This document shows, one piece after another, positions 1 through 12,960 of a DNA stretch of 64,000 nt. The notes below the pieces were generated by a model. The model saw only the letters and a list, made by a program, of their open reading frames with translations, was not told the origin of the DNA and ran no database searches. The stretch spans positions 69,974,935 to 70,038,934 of the forward strand of contig NC_134847.1 of the NCBI RefSeq assembly GCF_965363235.1, given 5' to 3'. The position numbers and the translations under genes were made by a program. Source of the stretch: Mytilus galloprovincialis. Its lineage: Eukaryota. How positions within the stretch are numbered: position 1 is the stretch's first letter; every line of letters begins with the position of its first letter.

Positions 1-2752
1 GAGGTTGATTGATCAATGGAAAATCAGTTTATTTCCTATATTTTCTTGGTTCCTAAGAAAGATTGGTCTTCAAGGCCTGTATCTATTTGAAAAATTCAAA
101 CAAAATTAGCTTGTGGCTAATCAGCATTTGGAGCAGGACCATTTATCTTTTGTTTAGAGGTAATTCTTTAGGATAATTATCTATATATATATAGAGAGAG
201 AGCTAACATCTATAGATCTCACAGATGCATATTTAAGTATCATTTATGATTATATCACAATTTCCTGTTTCATGTGGAAAAGACATTGAAATGATATTTA
301 TGTTTTTTGTTTTGGATTGGCTTCTGCATCAAGAGTTTTTACTAAGGTTTTAAAACCTGTCTTATGTATTTATGAAATAATGTCACTTGAAGTATATACA
401 TGCTATAATAAGTTTATACATTGATGATTCTTTTATTATGGATCAGAGTTTAGATTATTGTATTGTGAATACAGAAGAAGTGGTGCAAATGCTTGATAAG
501 CTGTGCTTCGGAATAAATTTTGAGAAGTTGAAGCACATTGTTTTCCTTTGTCTCATTATTGATACTGAGCTATTTTAGTTTTTTCTGACAGATGAGAAAT
601 GGTAAAATTATCTCCCTTGGGAAATTCTTCTTAAATAGAATTGTGTAACTGTATTATAGATGATTTACATCATTTATTGGTCTTGTGACGAATGCTTTTT
701 AATGCAGTATCTGTGGGAATGTTACATTGCAGAAACATGGCGAGAAATAATGTTGAAACACTGTATAGTTGTTACAGTGTTTATTATCATCAATAGGTGA
801 AAGTTTTTTTTTTTTTAATAATTTAAATTCAGAAATTAAAAATTTGATTTATAGACCCATCCAAATAAGTTTTTGGATTGGACCAGATTCCTCTGACATA
901 AGAAGGATTTGGGATCCAAATTTGAAGAAAATGTTTCTGTTGGTAGATGGAGCTTCTTTAAGAGTATGCACTTATTTCATATAGATTTCATAGTATTGTT
1001 GGCTATATTTTTCTTATAGAGAAAAAGTTTTAGTCACAGAGAGTTATACAATCAGAAAATACAATTTCAGTAGCTTTTATTATGCAATAGGAGGTATAAC
1101 CTCTTTGTCACTTAACATGCTTACTACAAATATTTCATTATTTGGGCTTGGTGTTCAAGAAGGAACATTTTTATCACAGCTCTTTATATTCCTGGTAAGA
1201 AAATTTTGATGCTTATCATATGTCTAAAAAATTTACAGATTCAAAAGGATGGCAATTGAAAGAAGATATATTTGTTTTGTTTTTATCACGTTTTCATTTT
1301 CAAATCTGTAGATGATTACCTCGTTGTCTTTTGACCAACAAGTTCCTTTCAGAGATGTTTGTATTTTTCATGATCAGAATTAAGACCTTATATTTTCCCA
1401 ACTTTTTCATTGTTGGGGATAATTATAAAGGAAATTATTAGTGATAAAGTTCAGAAGGCTCTTTTGATTATCCTTTTTGGCTTGCTCAGAGTTGGTTTTC
1501 TTTGCTTAGACCAATTTTAATTTTTTGCCAGTTAAACTGCTAAGCATAAAAATTAGTAACAATGTTGCATACTGAAGATAATGTCTTACCGTCAGGAAGA
1601 GACTTAATTTAACTGTATATTGTAAAAAATATAAGTGAACTAACACCTGAAGGGTTGATTGTGCAGTAGGGTAAAAGTGTGTATTATTCTCAGAAATCAC
1701 TTTAATATATACAAGAGATTTCAGAATCATTTGTAAAATATATTTACACTTCATCTTGGAGATCTTGCATCTATAATCAAGCATTATCAATATTTTTTGA
1801 GAAATTTCATTATTTGGTGTGTTCAATTAGAGAACCAATTCCTTATCACCATCTAAAAAGGATGTTATTGATTATTGAAATTTTTGTAAAACACAAGCTT
1901 TTCATATTCAGCATGTTTAATGTGTATTTTCCTTGTTCTATGTTGAAACAGACTTTATCCTTTAGGAAATAGATGTTACTTATTTTGTTTGTTTACTACA
2001 TGTATTTGTGGAAGGTTGCTTAAACCTGAATCTGCAATTGAAGAGTTAGATACTCTTTCACTTGGGAGATGATTTTAGTGCTTTCTTTTTTAAGTTCTTA
2101 ATATTCATTGGAGTATTTAACATTGAAGACTGTCTTTTATACTTGTGTCTTTATTTGCCTTGACTACATCTGGCACCTTAAAGTACTATCTTTATCAGCT
2201 GTAGATTTACATTCTATGTCTTTCATTCTGAGACATGGCACTTTATTTTTTCATATACATGAGTTTTTGAAAAATACTAGATCTGTTAGTTAGTTTACCT
2301 AATGAGGTGATCAAAGGTTTTGATAAACCAAAACTTTGTGTTGTTAAGACAATGATTTATCAGGTTTTGTGTACAAAATAGGTGAGAGAATTCATCTAAG
2401 TCTTTTTGTAAAGTTTAGATCGTTAGAGAGAGTTCTAATTTTATCCGAGGTTTTAAGGTTAACTCATTTAGAGGAACCTTTTCATAAGTGCATTTAGCTT
2501 CAGGATGTTCTATTAAGGACATTATGGCAACAGTTTTGTCTGGACATATGGTAAAACTTTTTACAAGTTCTATAACAGGAAAGTAAATAATATCAGTACT
2601 AAAACACTTTTCTTCAGTTGTAGTTACTGGATGATCTTGTGATTTTTATCCTTTATTAAATGTTGGCATTTATATAAAAATTGTTTTTAGTTTGTGTCTA
2701 CACTTTAAACAAGCTAATTCATTACTTGAGACCGAAGGCGAAATATGAATAA

Positions 2753-3139
2753 GAATGTTCCTTCATCCAAGCATATCTTGGATGTGCAGGATGAAGGTCA
2801 TTCTTAGAATATGAGCCTGAGGCTCGAAAGTAATTAATTCCCACCCTAGAGATTATCAGTCAGACCCACCCTTTTCCACTGGGTTTTATTTTTGGTCGAC
2901 ACAAACTTGCTTTAAATTATGACAAGTTATTATGGAACAGGTGCTTATATACTAGGGTCAAGGTCACTGGCCAGGTATGGTCTGGTGGTATAGTTCGTTT
3001 CTTTAAACAGAGATATTATATGTAAGCTTCACCCCTCATAGAGAAGTTAAGCTAATTCATTACTTTCGAGCCTCAGGCTCATATTCTAAGAATGACCTTC
3101 ATCCTGCACATCCAAGATATGCTTGGATGAAGGAACATT
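2753..3139. repeat. Inverted repeat: roughly 87-nt arms (2753-2838 and, reverse-complemented, 3048-3139) around a roughly 209-nt spacer; foldback/MITE-like
   Basis: The left arm aatgttccttcatccaagcatatcttggatgtgcaggatgaaggtcattcttagaatatgagcctgaggctcgaaagtaat is the reverse complement of the right arm, with one mismatch. An extra direct partial copy of the arm start (aagctaattcattact) lies at 2711-2727. Confidence 0.7.
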
Positions 3140-3448
3140 TTATAGCAATTCAAAATAAACAGTTCCTCTTCAGCATGGAAAGGAATATAATATAACTATA
3201 CAAACTGATAAACTAACTTTGTCACAACATCATTAAAGTGGAGTTAAAGTCTTATAGGATTGTAAGTATATTTTATTTCATCACCTTGCACTTTCACATT
3301 TTGACTGAACAATTTGTTCAATATTATGACCAGTTGAACAATTTGGTTTAATAAAACAAATTGCAATTTGGTCAAATTTTGAATGAGTTGTAGTTGGTGG
3401 AGAGCAACACTAACAGTCAACTCACTGTAAAAATTTTACTTGATTAAG

Positions 3449-3683
3449 GATGAAGTGATTCAGGCTGATGGACCATCAATACTGGAATTGGTTTCTGATG
3501 AAGATGTAGATACTTTGCAGTATTTAGGATGGGAAGGGGAAGAGGAACATCTTTACAGTGAATGTTTTGGCGCAGAAATGGTAGATTGTTACGATGTACT
3601 TGGCGCAGAAATGGTAGATTGTTACGATATACTTGGCGCAGACATGGAAGAAGCCGCTCCTATGCCTTACTTTCTTTCATGTG
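3449..3683 (+). CDS. Candidate acidic exon containing a 30-bp in-frame tandem repeat (GAEMVDCYDV/ILGA x3); unknown gene
   Basis: Possible AG acceptor at 3447-3448. Open frame DEVIQADGPSILELVSDEDVDTLQYLGWEGEEEHLY...AAPMPYFLSC runs to a GGTAAGT donor at 3683/3684. The ORF-track start at 3440 is TTG, not ATG. No recognisable family. Confidence 0.2.
3565..3655. repeat. 30-bp tandem repeat, 3 copies (ggcgcagaaatggtagattgttacgatgtactt)
   Basis: Direct reading; near-identical consecutive units. Confidence 0.85.
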
Positions 3684-4284
3684 GTAAGTTGATTGAGGAA
3701 CAGGATTTTAATGGGATAGGTACCCAATTCTTTATAAACCACTTACCTTTTTATGTCCTTATGTTTGTGTCTTATCTCAAACTGAACTGCTACATGTAGT
3801 AGTGCTACAAGGTATTGTTATAGAGAGAAAACACACATTTGATGTCAGAGCCCTTTTCTTTTAAAAAACAAAACCCTTGATTAACCTCTATAATATTGGG
3901 AGATTAGCTGTCCTAAGCAAGAAAATTTCTACCATTGATTAATGAATGTTTGTTTTAAAGATTTTTAGAATGATTCTGGTTATATGTAAAAAAAGATAAT
4001 GAACTCTGGTTATGATATTATAATTGTATTTTATTATCTACATTTTAAAAATTGGAATTCATAATGCTCTGATATAATTTGAACATTTGCAGCCTACATG
4101 TTTTGTCTGATGAGTTGAGAATACTGTGATGTGCAATAAATCTATATGTATGAAGGATGAGTAATTTGAGGAACTTTAGACATATATATGTAGTGTCTTT
4201 AGTAAACAGCCAATTTATATATTTTTTTATTTTATTGTATGTTTTTAATGCCACTTTAAGCATCGCTTTTGGGCTATTTCATGG

Positions 4285-5565
4285 TAATCGGTTTTTATTG
4301 GGATACGATTGCTTTCAAGCAATCTGTAGACTTATACCAGTGGCTCAGAGCAATGCCCTCACGTCAATCGTTTTATTCTAAACATTAAGGAACATCTCAG
4401 ATGATTGTCTTGCTTTAAAAGGTAAAACCAAACAAAGAGATTGAACTTAAACATCTTTAATATAATGTTCTTTTCATAATCTTCATGTTTGATATTTCTC
4501 TTGACTTATATGCATGTTTTTAACAACACGGAAAATCAGAATTAAGCAGTATTTATCTTTAGTGTTTTTATAAATTTAGAAACACGTCAGAGGGAATTCC
4601 CCAGTTTTGATAAACATGCGAGAGTTCTCTGAATTCCGATAAATCTATTTCTGTCATATAAGAACTGAAGTGGAGTTTCTCTTATATATGTCACCGTTAT
4701 GAAACTGATATTTGATATTGTACTTCCATAAAGAAATAGAGAACCATCTAGGTCGTTTAATTAACATTTAATATACGTTCTTGCTCAAGGGTTTGTTAAG
4801 GTAATTATGCGCATGCGTATAGTTTTCTTGACTTTATGGGGTATTAGATTGAATGGTTGCTCTGGATTCCCCACTCAGTTGATTGATTTTAAACTCATGG
4901 GATCGTTTCTATATTTGTCTGATACTGAGGGTTATTATTGTTTCATAATTTTAAATCATATGCATCATTTAAATTAAAATAAATGTATTATCACATCGCA
5001 ACACCCCTTACGGCGAAATGGAGTCATCCATATTATCGTTACGAGTTGTCTCCCTTCTGGAAGTAACTTCCGTAAATTCTGAAAACAAAACATGTCGAGA
5101 AAAATTAACTCGTTTTGTCGATAAATGTCGTGTTAGATTAAATACGATTGCAGTTTTAACCGAGGAATGTGTACGGGAAGGAGTCATGACCACTGACCCA
5201 AAGGAAATTAAATATTTTTGAAAGAGTTAGGAATGGGGTTCCTCCTAGAATTATCGTAGGAAAATAGGTGATAAGATACGAAGTGAAATACCTTCTCTCA
5301 CTCTGAGTCTCTGCTGTACATGTGACCTCTGTGGAAAGTAAACATGGAATTTATAGTACAAAAATAAAACACAATGAATACATTGTTCGTACACTTGTAT
5401 CTGGGATTGGCTATTTTGTAACTTCAGATTACGTAAATTACATTTTACATGTGCAGTTGAATTAGCTTTGAAAATAATATTATCCAGCTACTTGTATACA
5501 TGTGTCAATGAAAACAATGGCAATCGTATCCCTCAGAGCAATCTGCTCTTTGATTGGTGTAGGAA
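4285..5565. repeat. Dispersed repeat family, roughly 1.3 kb, copy 1 (uninterrupted); second copy at 28670-32222
   Basis: Long collinear identity with 28670-29655 (gggatacgattgctt...gataagatacgaagtgaa), then with 30470-30495 and 31580-32222 of copy 2. Confidence 0.75.
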
Positions 5566-6374
5566 GCCGGAGTGCCCAGAAAAAACACTGACCTAACAGC
5601 CAATTAAAGTCTGAAGATTTGTACAACGATACTGATAAAAGATTAAAAAAAATATATGAACAAGATAAAATGAAAATGTTTTGAAAATTATTTTAGCATA
5701 ACAAAACATCATTGCCATTGTCAATCCCTTCTCAAAATGAAATAAAATAATAAAAGTTTCTTTTTTGTTTTAAAAAAAAGAACTCTTTCATTTAGGTAAA
5801 CTTGTGTTTGATTCTATAATCTTACACTCCATTGAAAAAATAACTTTACTCCATTTCAGATAAGCATGTAGCCTAATGTTCTCAACCTTATACTAAAGTA
5901 AAAGTGAATTTTATTTTTGACACCCCAATAATGGCCTGAGACCACAATTATCCCCCTTTGATTTTAATTGTCTTCGTCTTTTCACAGTACTTTAATTCAT
6001 AAAAATCTTAAAGTTAAGTTTCTTCTCTTATCTTGTCAATGAAAGCTTGTATTTCCAGCAGTCTTAAAGGATGCTATTTTCACAGCCCTATTCAACATTT
6101 ATTGATTTGGGATACTTTTGAAAAGTAACAGTGTAACATTCTTTCAACCCATACTTATATTTAATGATCTAATGATTAGACAGAATGGTATTGCACATTT
6201 ACACATCCCATAGAGAAAACAGACCCAAACTCAGCCAAGAGTCTACGGTTATGTTTCTTAAACGAAGATAAGATATTCATACTTCTTTAATTTGATTGCT
6301 CAAGGGAAACAATCAAAATAAATAACAAGTCTTACTTTGAGAGCATTAGCATTGGACGACATTATTGTTTTCAG

Positions 6375-6532
6375 AAATAATGGATCAAATTAATAAGGTT
6401 GAGTCAACACATGTGGATTTAACAGCTGAAGAGAGAAACTTGTTGTCAGATGTATTTAGAAGAGAAATCTTAACTAAAAGAACAATTTTGAGAAATAATG
6501 GCCGTAATGAACACAAAGAAAACAAGGGAAAG
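6375..6532 (+). CDS. 14-3-3 protein-like internal exon (helix 3 region with the EERNLLS motif)
   Basis: Acceptor ttttcag at 6373-6374. Translation ..IMDQINKVESTHVDLTAEERNLLSDVFRREILTKRTILRNNGRNEHKENKGK, where the NEERNLLS core is a 14-3-3 signature. Donor GTATAG at 6533. The ATG at 6380 is internal; N-terminal exon(s) were not found. Confidence 0.55.
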
Positions 6533-8994
6533 GTATAGGAATAAATCTCTGTTTTGTTTCAATTTTGTTAAAACCCAAAATGATTGTTAAAAAGTTATTT
6601 TATTTCATCTAACAGGCAAGCTACTAGAATAACATTCTTTCTCTTGTATTTTTGTATTGACCAAACGGGACTATCTTAAATTCTACAATGTAAATAAATG
6701 CAAGGTATACAGCTATTTGCGCTGCTTCTTACCTTTAAACTATGACCCTTACTCATAAGATAAACGGTGAGGCATACAGCTAAATGCTCTGCTTCTTACA
6801 TCTAGTAACCCATGGGCAGAGCCTTGGTGTAAGACAAATATAATGTAACGTTCTGAACAATACATGACAAGGTTGCGCTATATATGACATTATCGATACA
6901 GCTAATAACATAAAGTAAAAAGTACGTTAATTACTAATATACTAATCACTGTTGATAACTTCTGATAACTTATACAAAATCTTTTAATACAATAGTAACA
7001 CTATTTTTTACTTGGGAATAACTAGTGCACACATTTACAACAAAAAATCAATCACTTTTGTCTCTAGGTGACCGTGATAATAATTTTAAACTTTCATTCC
7101 AGGAGTTCTAATATTTCTTTTGAAAAGAAAATATTTTTAATCTTGATAAGGTTTTCTGTTATTCAAAACTGATTTTTATGCAGTTAAGCTGCATTATGCG
7201 AGCACCCGAGATTTGTGTTCTACCCAATAAATGCTGAAATACTTGCCATTGTTATTACCTAGCTGGCTACTATGTTATATATAACTAATTGAACACTTTT
7301 TTAATACTTTTAAATCTGGATTTCAAAAAATATGACAAGAAAAACCTAAAATGATGGTCGAATCGCCCAAAAGTTTTGAAGTTGCACATAGGAAGTAGTG
7401 CTTATTAGGAATCCTTGTGTAGTTTATTATTGCCTGTGCTTTTGGCTAAGATGTCAAAGAACAATTGTATGAAATATTTAATCGTCGAAAATCTCTTAAG
7501 ACAAGTAGTTTAGATTTCCAAAATGGCAAAAGTCGTAGGAATATTGTTTGTTGTCAATATGTAGTACAACTACGTCAGTAGTCTATTATATAATAAGTTC
7601 AACTGGTCATGCTGTTGGCGGCAATTTCAAATTAGGAGACGAATTTTTGTATCTTTTCAATTTTGAGGCAGGGATTCAAATTAGAGGTGGTCTAAGGTCC
7701 GCGACCATCCACTTTTGCAATCGGAATTTCGGATGGTTCATAGCTATGCCAGACAGACCTTCCACTTGAAAGAAAATAAAAAATAACTTTGCAAGCCTTT
7801 TCACCAAAGTCTCCAAATAAACAAAAACTTATTTTCATCATTATTATTCATGACAGCAATGTTCATTTTGATCAACCGCTAGCTTTATACAGAAAATCGC
7901 CGACAAATAATGTGTAAATTTGAGTAAAAATGTATCTGACTGACAAAATCAACATTGTAAACATAAACAATGGATGCCGTAATTACAATATCGATCCGAT
8001 TCCGGAAGCGGATAAGGGTAAATCCTGGGTTTTGGCGATCAACTACACAAAAATCCAGGCAGTTGACAAAATACATCTATGCATGGTTAATGAATATAAA
8101 CACTAGAATTGAAAACCAAAAGATATATGTAAAAGAAAGAAAAAGCAAAAAATATTTTATACAGAAACTCATATTTACTTTTTGACAAATTTTAATGTCA
8201 AAATCCAATACAATGTGACAGCTGGGAACAGTATATCTAACAATATATATGTTCCTGGTCACAGTATAAATTATCTTTATCTTTATGCATGTAAGATGCT
8301 TTTAAAGTGTAAACATATTACTGCAATTTTATAGGGGTATTTTTCTCTCAATTTTGAAGTGGGTCTCATTGCGGTCTAAGCGTGACGCGGGATTGCCGAT
8401 TTTTTGTAAGCATGACGTGGGAAAGTCAAATTATTGTGCCGTAAAAACGGGAATAAAGGTCTACCTTTACTATGAGCAGGTTATTCAGACCTCACCTTTA
8501 ATCCCTGTAGTAGGGAATTGTCTGATTTGTGTCTCATAACTTTTGTACTTATAGAACACAAACTCAGTTTTCTTTCCAGGGAAACTTGTCCATTCATACC
8601 ATTACATATTCGTAATAAGTCAACTTGTACTACTAGCAGTCAACTAAAACCAACGTTAACTACCAAGTAGAACAACTGCAATCATTGCGAACTTGTACCA
8701 CTGCAGACTCACCATAAAAAATATACATTGAAATATGCATTGCTTTTGAAACCTTGATAACATATAAATTATGTGCCTTAATAATTAATTCATTAGATAA
8801 ACATAAATGTACTATATATGAATGTTTAATGTTGAAGCAACAATGCCACAGTTTTCGTAATTACGTTTGTCTTGGTTTTTGGTTAACTGCCTTCAGCGCT
8901 TACAGCGCTTTGATTTAAAAATAGTCAAGGATTTTACTTTTTTATTAGTTTTTAAAAATGTTTAATGATATTAAATTTTAATTTTAGAGCTACT

Positions 8995-9990
8995 TTTTAT
9001 ACGATCTTACCAGGATCTTCCCCAAAAAGTTTGCAGACATACATTTGTATTACATTGTCGTCGTCAGCGTCGTCCAAAGTTTAAGACATTTGGTTTCTGG
9101 ACAATAACTTTAGAATAAGTGAATAGAAATCTATGAAATTTAAACACAAGGTTTATAACCACAAAAGGAAGGTTAGGTATGATTTTTGAAGTTGTGGTCC
9201 TCACAGTTAAGGAATAAGGGGCCAAAATGGGACCCAAATAAGCATTTTTCGAGTTTCCAGATATTAACTTGTGAAATGATGTATGGATCTCTCTGAAATA
9301 TACTACAAGGTTCCATATCAGAAAGGGATGGTTGTGATTGGCTTTGGGGGGTTAGGCTCAAACCGTTTAGGAACTAGAGGCAAAATAGGGGTAAAACAAG
9401 GGTGTTCTGGTTAATGGACAATTACTTTTAATTAAATGTTAAGTTTGGATTACCTCCCTTACACGGATTTTAAATTATTAAATGGGTAATTATGATTGCA
9501 ATCTCCATTGGACATTTGAATTCAGATTATTACCTTATCTTTAGGGAAAGAATATTATTTTTCTTAAGATTTAAAAAATTGAAAAGAGATTTTCAAAATA
9601 AATTTATTTGCCAATAAAGGGGAGTGAACAAAAATTTAGGGATCATTATTTTGTTTGGAGGGGTGGGGGTTAATTCTCAACAGCATAGTGAATTGCACCA
9701 AAAAAATGGGGTTATTTTTTTTTTGGGGGGGGGGGGTCAATTTGTAATAGCATGGTGTATTGCACAATAGCAAAAATTTTAATATAAATTCAAATCATTC
9801 ATATGACCGATTTTAAGTTCTTTGACTACAGTTATTCTCTGTGAGAAACCTGTTATGTGTCAGATATTGAATTACAATCCAAATTCAGACCTGTATCAAG
9901 AGCTAATATTGTGTCCATTTTTGTCCCAACTGTTCAGGGTTCGACCTTTTCAGTCGTATCTAGCTGTGCTTGGCGAAGCAATTTATTGGG
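8995..9990. mobile_element. Roughly 1-kb relative of the 2-kb composite element (see 15440-17435): 5' tttttatacgatc, 3' gttcagggttcgacc...cagtcgtatctagctg
   Basis: Shares the head (ttatacga.., gtcgtcgtc, aataactttagaataagtgaatagaaatctatgaaatttaaacacaaggtttataaccacaaaaggaaggtt) and the tail (gtcagaaacct..tgtgtca...aatccaaattcagac...gttcagggttcgacc) with copies A and B. Confidence 0.4.
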
Positions 9991-10043
9991 TTGTATTCTT
10001 TTTTTATTTGGGTAATCATATTAAACTACAGTTCATTTTGTAG

Positions 10044-10144
10044 ATGGATCTTAAGAATATTTGCCATAGTATTTTAGACATTTTAGATAACAAACTAATT
10101 CCTTATGCAGCAAGTGAAGAATCCAAAGTTTTCTACTATAAAAT
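10044..10144 (+). CDS. 14-3-3 protein-like exon
   Basis: Acceptor tttgtag at 10042-10043. [33 protein letters not shown] matches 14-3-3 ICNDVLELLDKYLIP...SKVFYLKMKGDY. Donor AT|GTAAGT at 10145. The split codon AT+G gives the conserved KM-KGEYY junction. Confidence 0.65.
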
Positions 10145-10354
10145 GTAAGTTTCACAAAAATTTCTTCAAATGTTAAAAGACCAAAGATTAAATTCTTCTA
10201 ATGTATTATTGGAAATTTCTTGACCACTTAGATTATTTATTCTATAAATTAAAGTTTAACTAAAAACTTTATGAATGACTGTTCTGTAGGTATTTTAGTA
10301 TAAAGTAAAAATCATTGATTGATCCAAAAATGTTTCAAGATTGTCATTATCTTT

Positions 10355-10500
10355 GTTTTTATAGCTGCCTATATGCTGTATGGGCTTTGCTCATTGTTGA
10401 AGGCTGTACAGTCACCTAGTGTTGTTAATTTCTGTGTCATTTGGTCTCTTATGGAGAGTTGTCTTATTGGCAATCAGACCACATTTTCTTTTTTATATTT
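10355..10500. repeat. SINE-like short interspersed repeat (family whose 5' head is gatgtggtatgattgccaatgagacaactctcca), full-length copy in reverse orientation
   Basis: Ends with ...atggagagttgtcttattggcaatcagaccacat, the reverse complement of the head seen at 11040, 13115, 13935, 22222, 28082 and 38062. Its body (gctttgctcattgttgaaggctgtacagt..acc) recurs at 23710-23830 and 34228-34330. Confidence 0.5.
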
Positions 10501-10520
10501 TGACCTTCCAAAATTTCCAG

Positions 10521-10879
10521 GAAAGGAGAATATTACCAATACTTAGCAGACTATTACCAATTCTTAAATGAAACTGTCACAGGAAATGATAAAAATGAAG
10601 CCACAGAAATTTTTTTAGCTGCATATAACATTGCAAGTGATACAGCATCTGCAGGTCTAGCACCTACTCATCCTGTATGTCTAGATTTAGCACTTAGTTT
10701 GTCTGCATTATATCACGATGTTCTCAACTCCCCAGATAAAGCATGTAGTATAGCAAAATCAGCATTTGATCAGGCAATATCAGAGCTAGATTGTTTAAGT
10801 GAAGAGAGCTATAAAGATTCAGCTGTAAAAATGCAGTTGTTAAGAGATAATTTAACACTGTGGACTGCTGAAGGTGAAG
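10521..10879 (+). CDS. 14-3-3 protein-like exon (C-terminal half, helices 6-9)
   Basis: Acceptor ttccag at 10519-10520. (M)[120 protein letters not shown] aligns along its length with canonical 14-3-3 ([24 protein letters not shown]). Donor G|GTAAGT at 10880. The C-terminal tail exon was not located. Confidence 0.8.
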
Positions 10880-11104
10880 GTAAGTTTAGTGTTTATTTGG
10901 TAAAGCTACCATAATTACTGTCTTGACTGCATCAGAGTTGCAGAAGTGCAAGAAAGTACCAAAATAAAACCTTAGGCATGCTTTGGACATTGATAGCACC
11001 AACAATTGTTTATAGAGTATAAAGGAATCAGATGTGTTATGATTACCAATGAGACATCTAACCATATAAACCAAATGTAAAGATGAAAGCAATCTTTGGC
11101 GATG

Positions 11105-11470
11105 AGTAAAATCTGTTCCATAAAGCAGTCTATCTTGTATCTGGTATCGCTGATGAGTTTATTTACAACCACTGGGTCGATACCACTGCTGGTGGAGTTT
11201 TAATACCCCGAGGGTTTCACAAGCCTGGTAGTCAGTTCTGTGCTGACATGAATTATCATTGATATGGTCATATTTATAAATTAACTGTTCACAAAATAAA
11301 TTTAGAATTTTTGAAATACTAAGGTTTTTTTACTTCAGGAATAGATTATGTTAGCCATATTTGGCACAACTTTTAGTAACTTTGGTCCTCAATGCTCTTC
11401 AACTTCGTACTTTATTTGGCCTTTTTAACTTTTTTTCATATTCATAAATTAAGGAAGCTGGCTAATGTCA
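11105..11470. repeat. Solo, degenerate copy of the 359-bp hammerhead-ribozyme repeat unit (retrozyme-like); ribozyme core not intact
   Basis: Collinear with the 46031-46826 unit (..gctgatgagtttatttacaaccactgggtcgataccactgctggtgg...ccccgagggt...ggaatagattatgttagccatatttggcacaacttttagtaactttggtcctcaatgctcttcaacttcgtactttatttggcc), but it has lost the GAAAC/helix III part. Confidence 0.5.
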
Positions 11471-11869
11471 TGTTTTAAATTTTTGGTCAGATTTTTGGAA
11501 TCCTCTGGTTTTATCCATTTAAATGCCTTGGAAAATTTTGCCCGGTGACCCCCATTTTTCTTTTTGAAAATCTTTTACATGTATAATAATAAGCCATCTG
11601 TAAAAGTCTTATAAAATTTTAATTACTTTTTAACAGTTTTTGAGAACATAGACATGTCAATGATAAAGCTATGAAAAGTCAAGAGAGAAAATTTTCCGGC
11701 CAAAATTTCAATGGCTAATATCTCGAAAACAATCACGGTGACCTATATATTTTTTCGGCTCTTTGGATTCCTTTTTTAATTTCCTATCAATATAAACTAG
11801 TGTTTTGAAAAGTTAATTACTTTGAAACTGAGAAGCGAACTCCCTTAACTGTTTACTGTTAACTGGTCT

Positions 11870-12060
11870 AAGAAGTCAAACTACTGTATAACTAAGACTG
11901 TCAATACTGAGGTTGTGAGTTTGAATCCTGCACGGAGCAGGTGCACTTTACTGCAATCTTAATTGACTTGGGGTTTCTGTTTTTATCAAAATGTAGTTGT
12001 TTCAAGGCACTCTGGCTTCCACCACCAGTAAAAACTGCCACAAAATAGTGTGTTAAACAC
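11870..12060 (+). repeat. SINE-like repeat with a tRNA-like B-box (gagtttgaatcctgca); second copy at 12640-12960
   Basis: Shared gtcaa(t/c)actgaggt..(a/g)agtt(t/c)gaa(t/c)cctgca..aggtgcac..aatcttaattgact...ggcactc(t/a)ggcttcc..cacca..aaaactg(c/a)cac..caaaatag between the two copies. B-box resemblance to GGTTCGAATCC. Confidence 0.4.
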
Positions 12061-12215
12061 CAATCAATCAATCTTTGAAACTATTAAGTTTATGCAATAC
12101 ATGTTTGCATAAAATACTTTCATCATAATATTCAATTGTTATCACTTTAAGCTTTGGCTAGATATTACAGCATGTGCACTCTTGTTAATATCTGATTTTA
12201 GATCTTGAAACTGAT

Positions 12216-12579
12216 ATGTCACCAGAACAAAAGGGTTATGCCAGGTTTATTGATTCAGACGAAGATGCTAATGAATTATTTAGCTTTAAAATTTCTTCAT
12301 ATGCATCATGTGAGGATTTTGAGGAAGATGAAATTCTTGAAGAAGCTACGAGTATGATTTCTGAAGAAGGCCAATATAAGTCAAGCTCTGATGAAGATGT
12401 GCAGATAATGCCATTAGTATTAGATGCTGGATCACTCATGATGAAGGCAGGATTTGCTGGAGATGATCATCCTAGAGCTAATTTCCCAACAGCTGTAGGT
12501 AGACCTAGACATCAAGGGGTAATGGTTGGAATGGGACAGAAGGATGCATATGTTGGATTTGAAGCCTGTGGAAAACCAG
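12216..12579 (+). CDS. First coding exon: acidic N-terminal extension fused to an actin N-terminal fragment (actin residues about 8-62)
   Basis: Genuine ATG at 12216 with an upstream in-frame stop. ...[54 protein letters not shown] is near-identical to conventional actin ([50 protein letters not shown]). Donor G|GTATAA at 12580, phase 1. Confidence 0.6.
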
Positions 12580-12639
12580 GTATAAAACTTTCTGTTTAAC
12601 CATAACGGTTTGATACTGTGTTGATCATAAGGAAATGGG

Positions 12640-12960
12640 TCTACTTTATCACTAGCTAGTCAACACTGAGGTATTAAGTTCAAACCCTGCATTAAACAGG
12701 TGCACAGGACTCTAATAATCTTAATTGACTAGAATTGACAGTTTTCCTAATAATCTTAATTGACTAGAATTGACAGTTTTCCTAATAATCTTAATTGACT
12801 AGAATTGACAGTTTTCCTAATAATCTTAATTGACTAGAATTGACAGTTTTCCTAATAATCTTAGTTGACTAGAATTGACAGTTTTCCTATCTAAGGTCGT
12901 GGTTCTCTTTTGGCACTCAGGCTTCCTTCACCAACAAAACTGACCACCGCAAAATAGCAC
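12640..12960 (+). repeat. SINE-like repeat copy 2, carrying an internal 31-bp minisatellite (12718-12875, about 5 copies of taataatcttaattgactagaattgacagttttcc)
   Basis: See 11870-12060; the tandem units were read directly. Confidence 0.45.

Noticed and set aside
1506-1826. 106-aa minus-strand ORF in AT-rich sequence
   Set aside because: No splice or start context, low-complexity composition, no homology recognisable; probably a chance ORF in AT-rich intergenic DNA.
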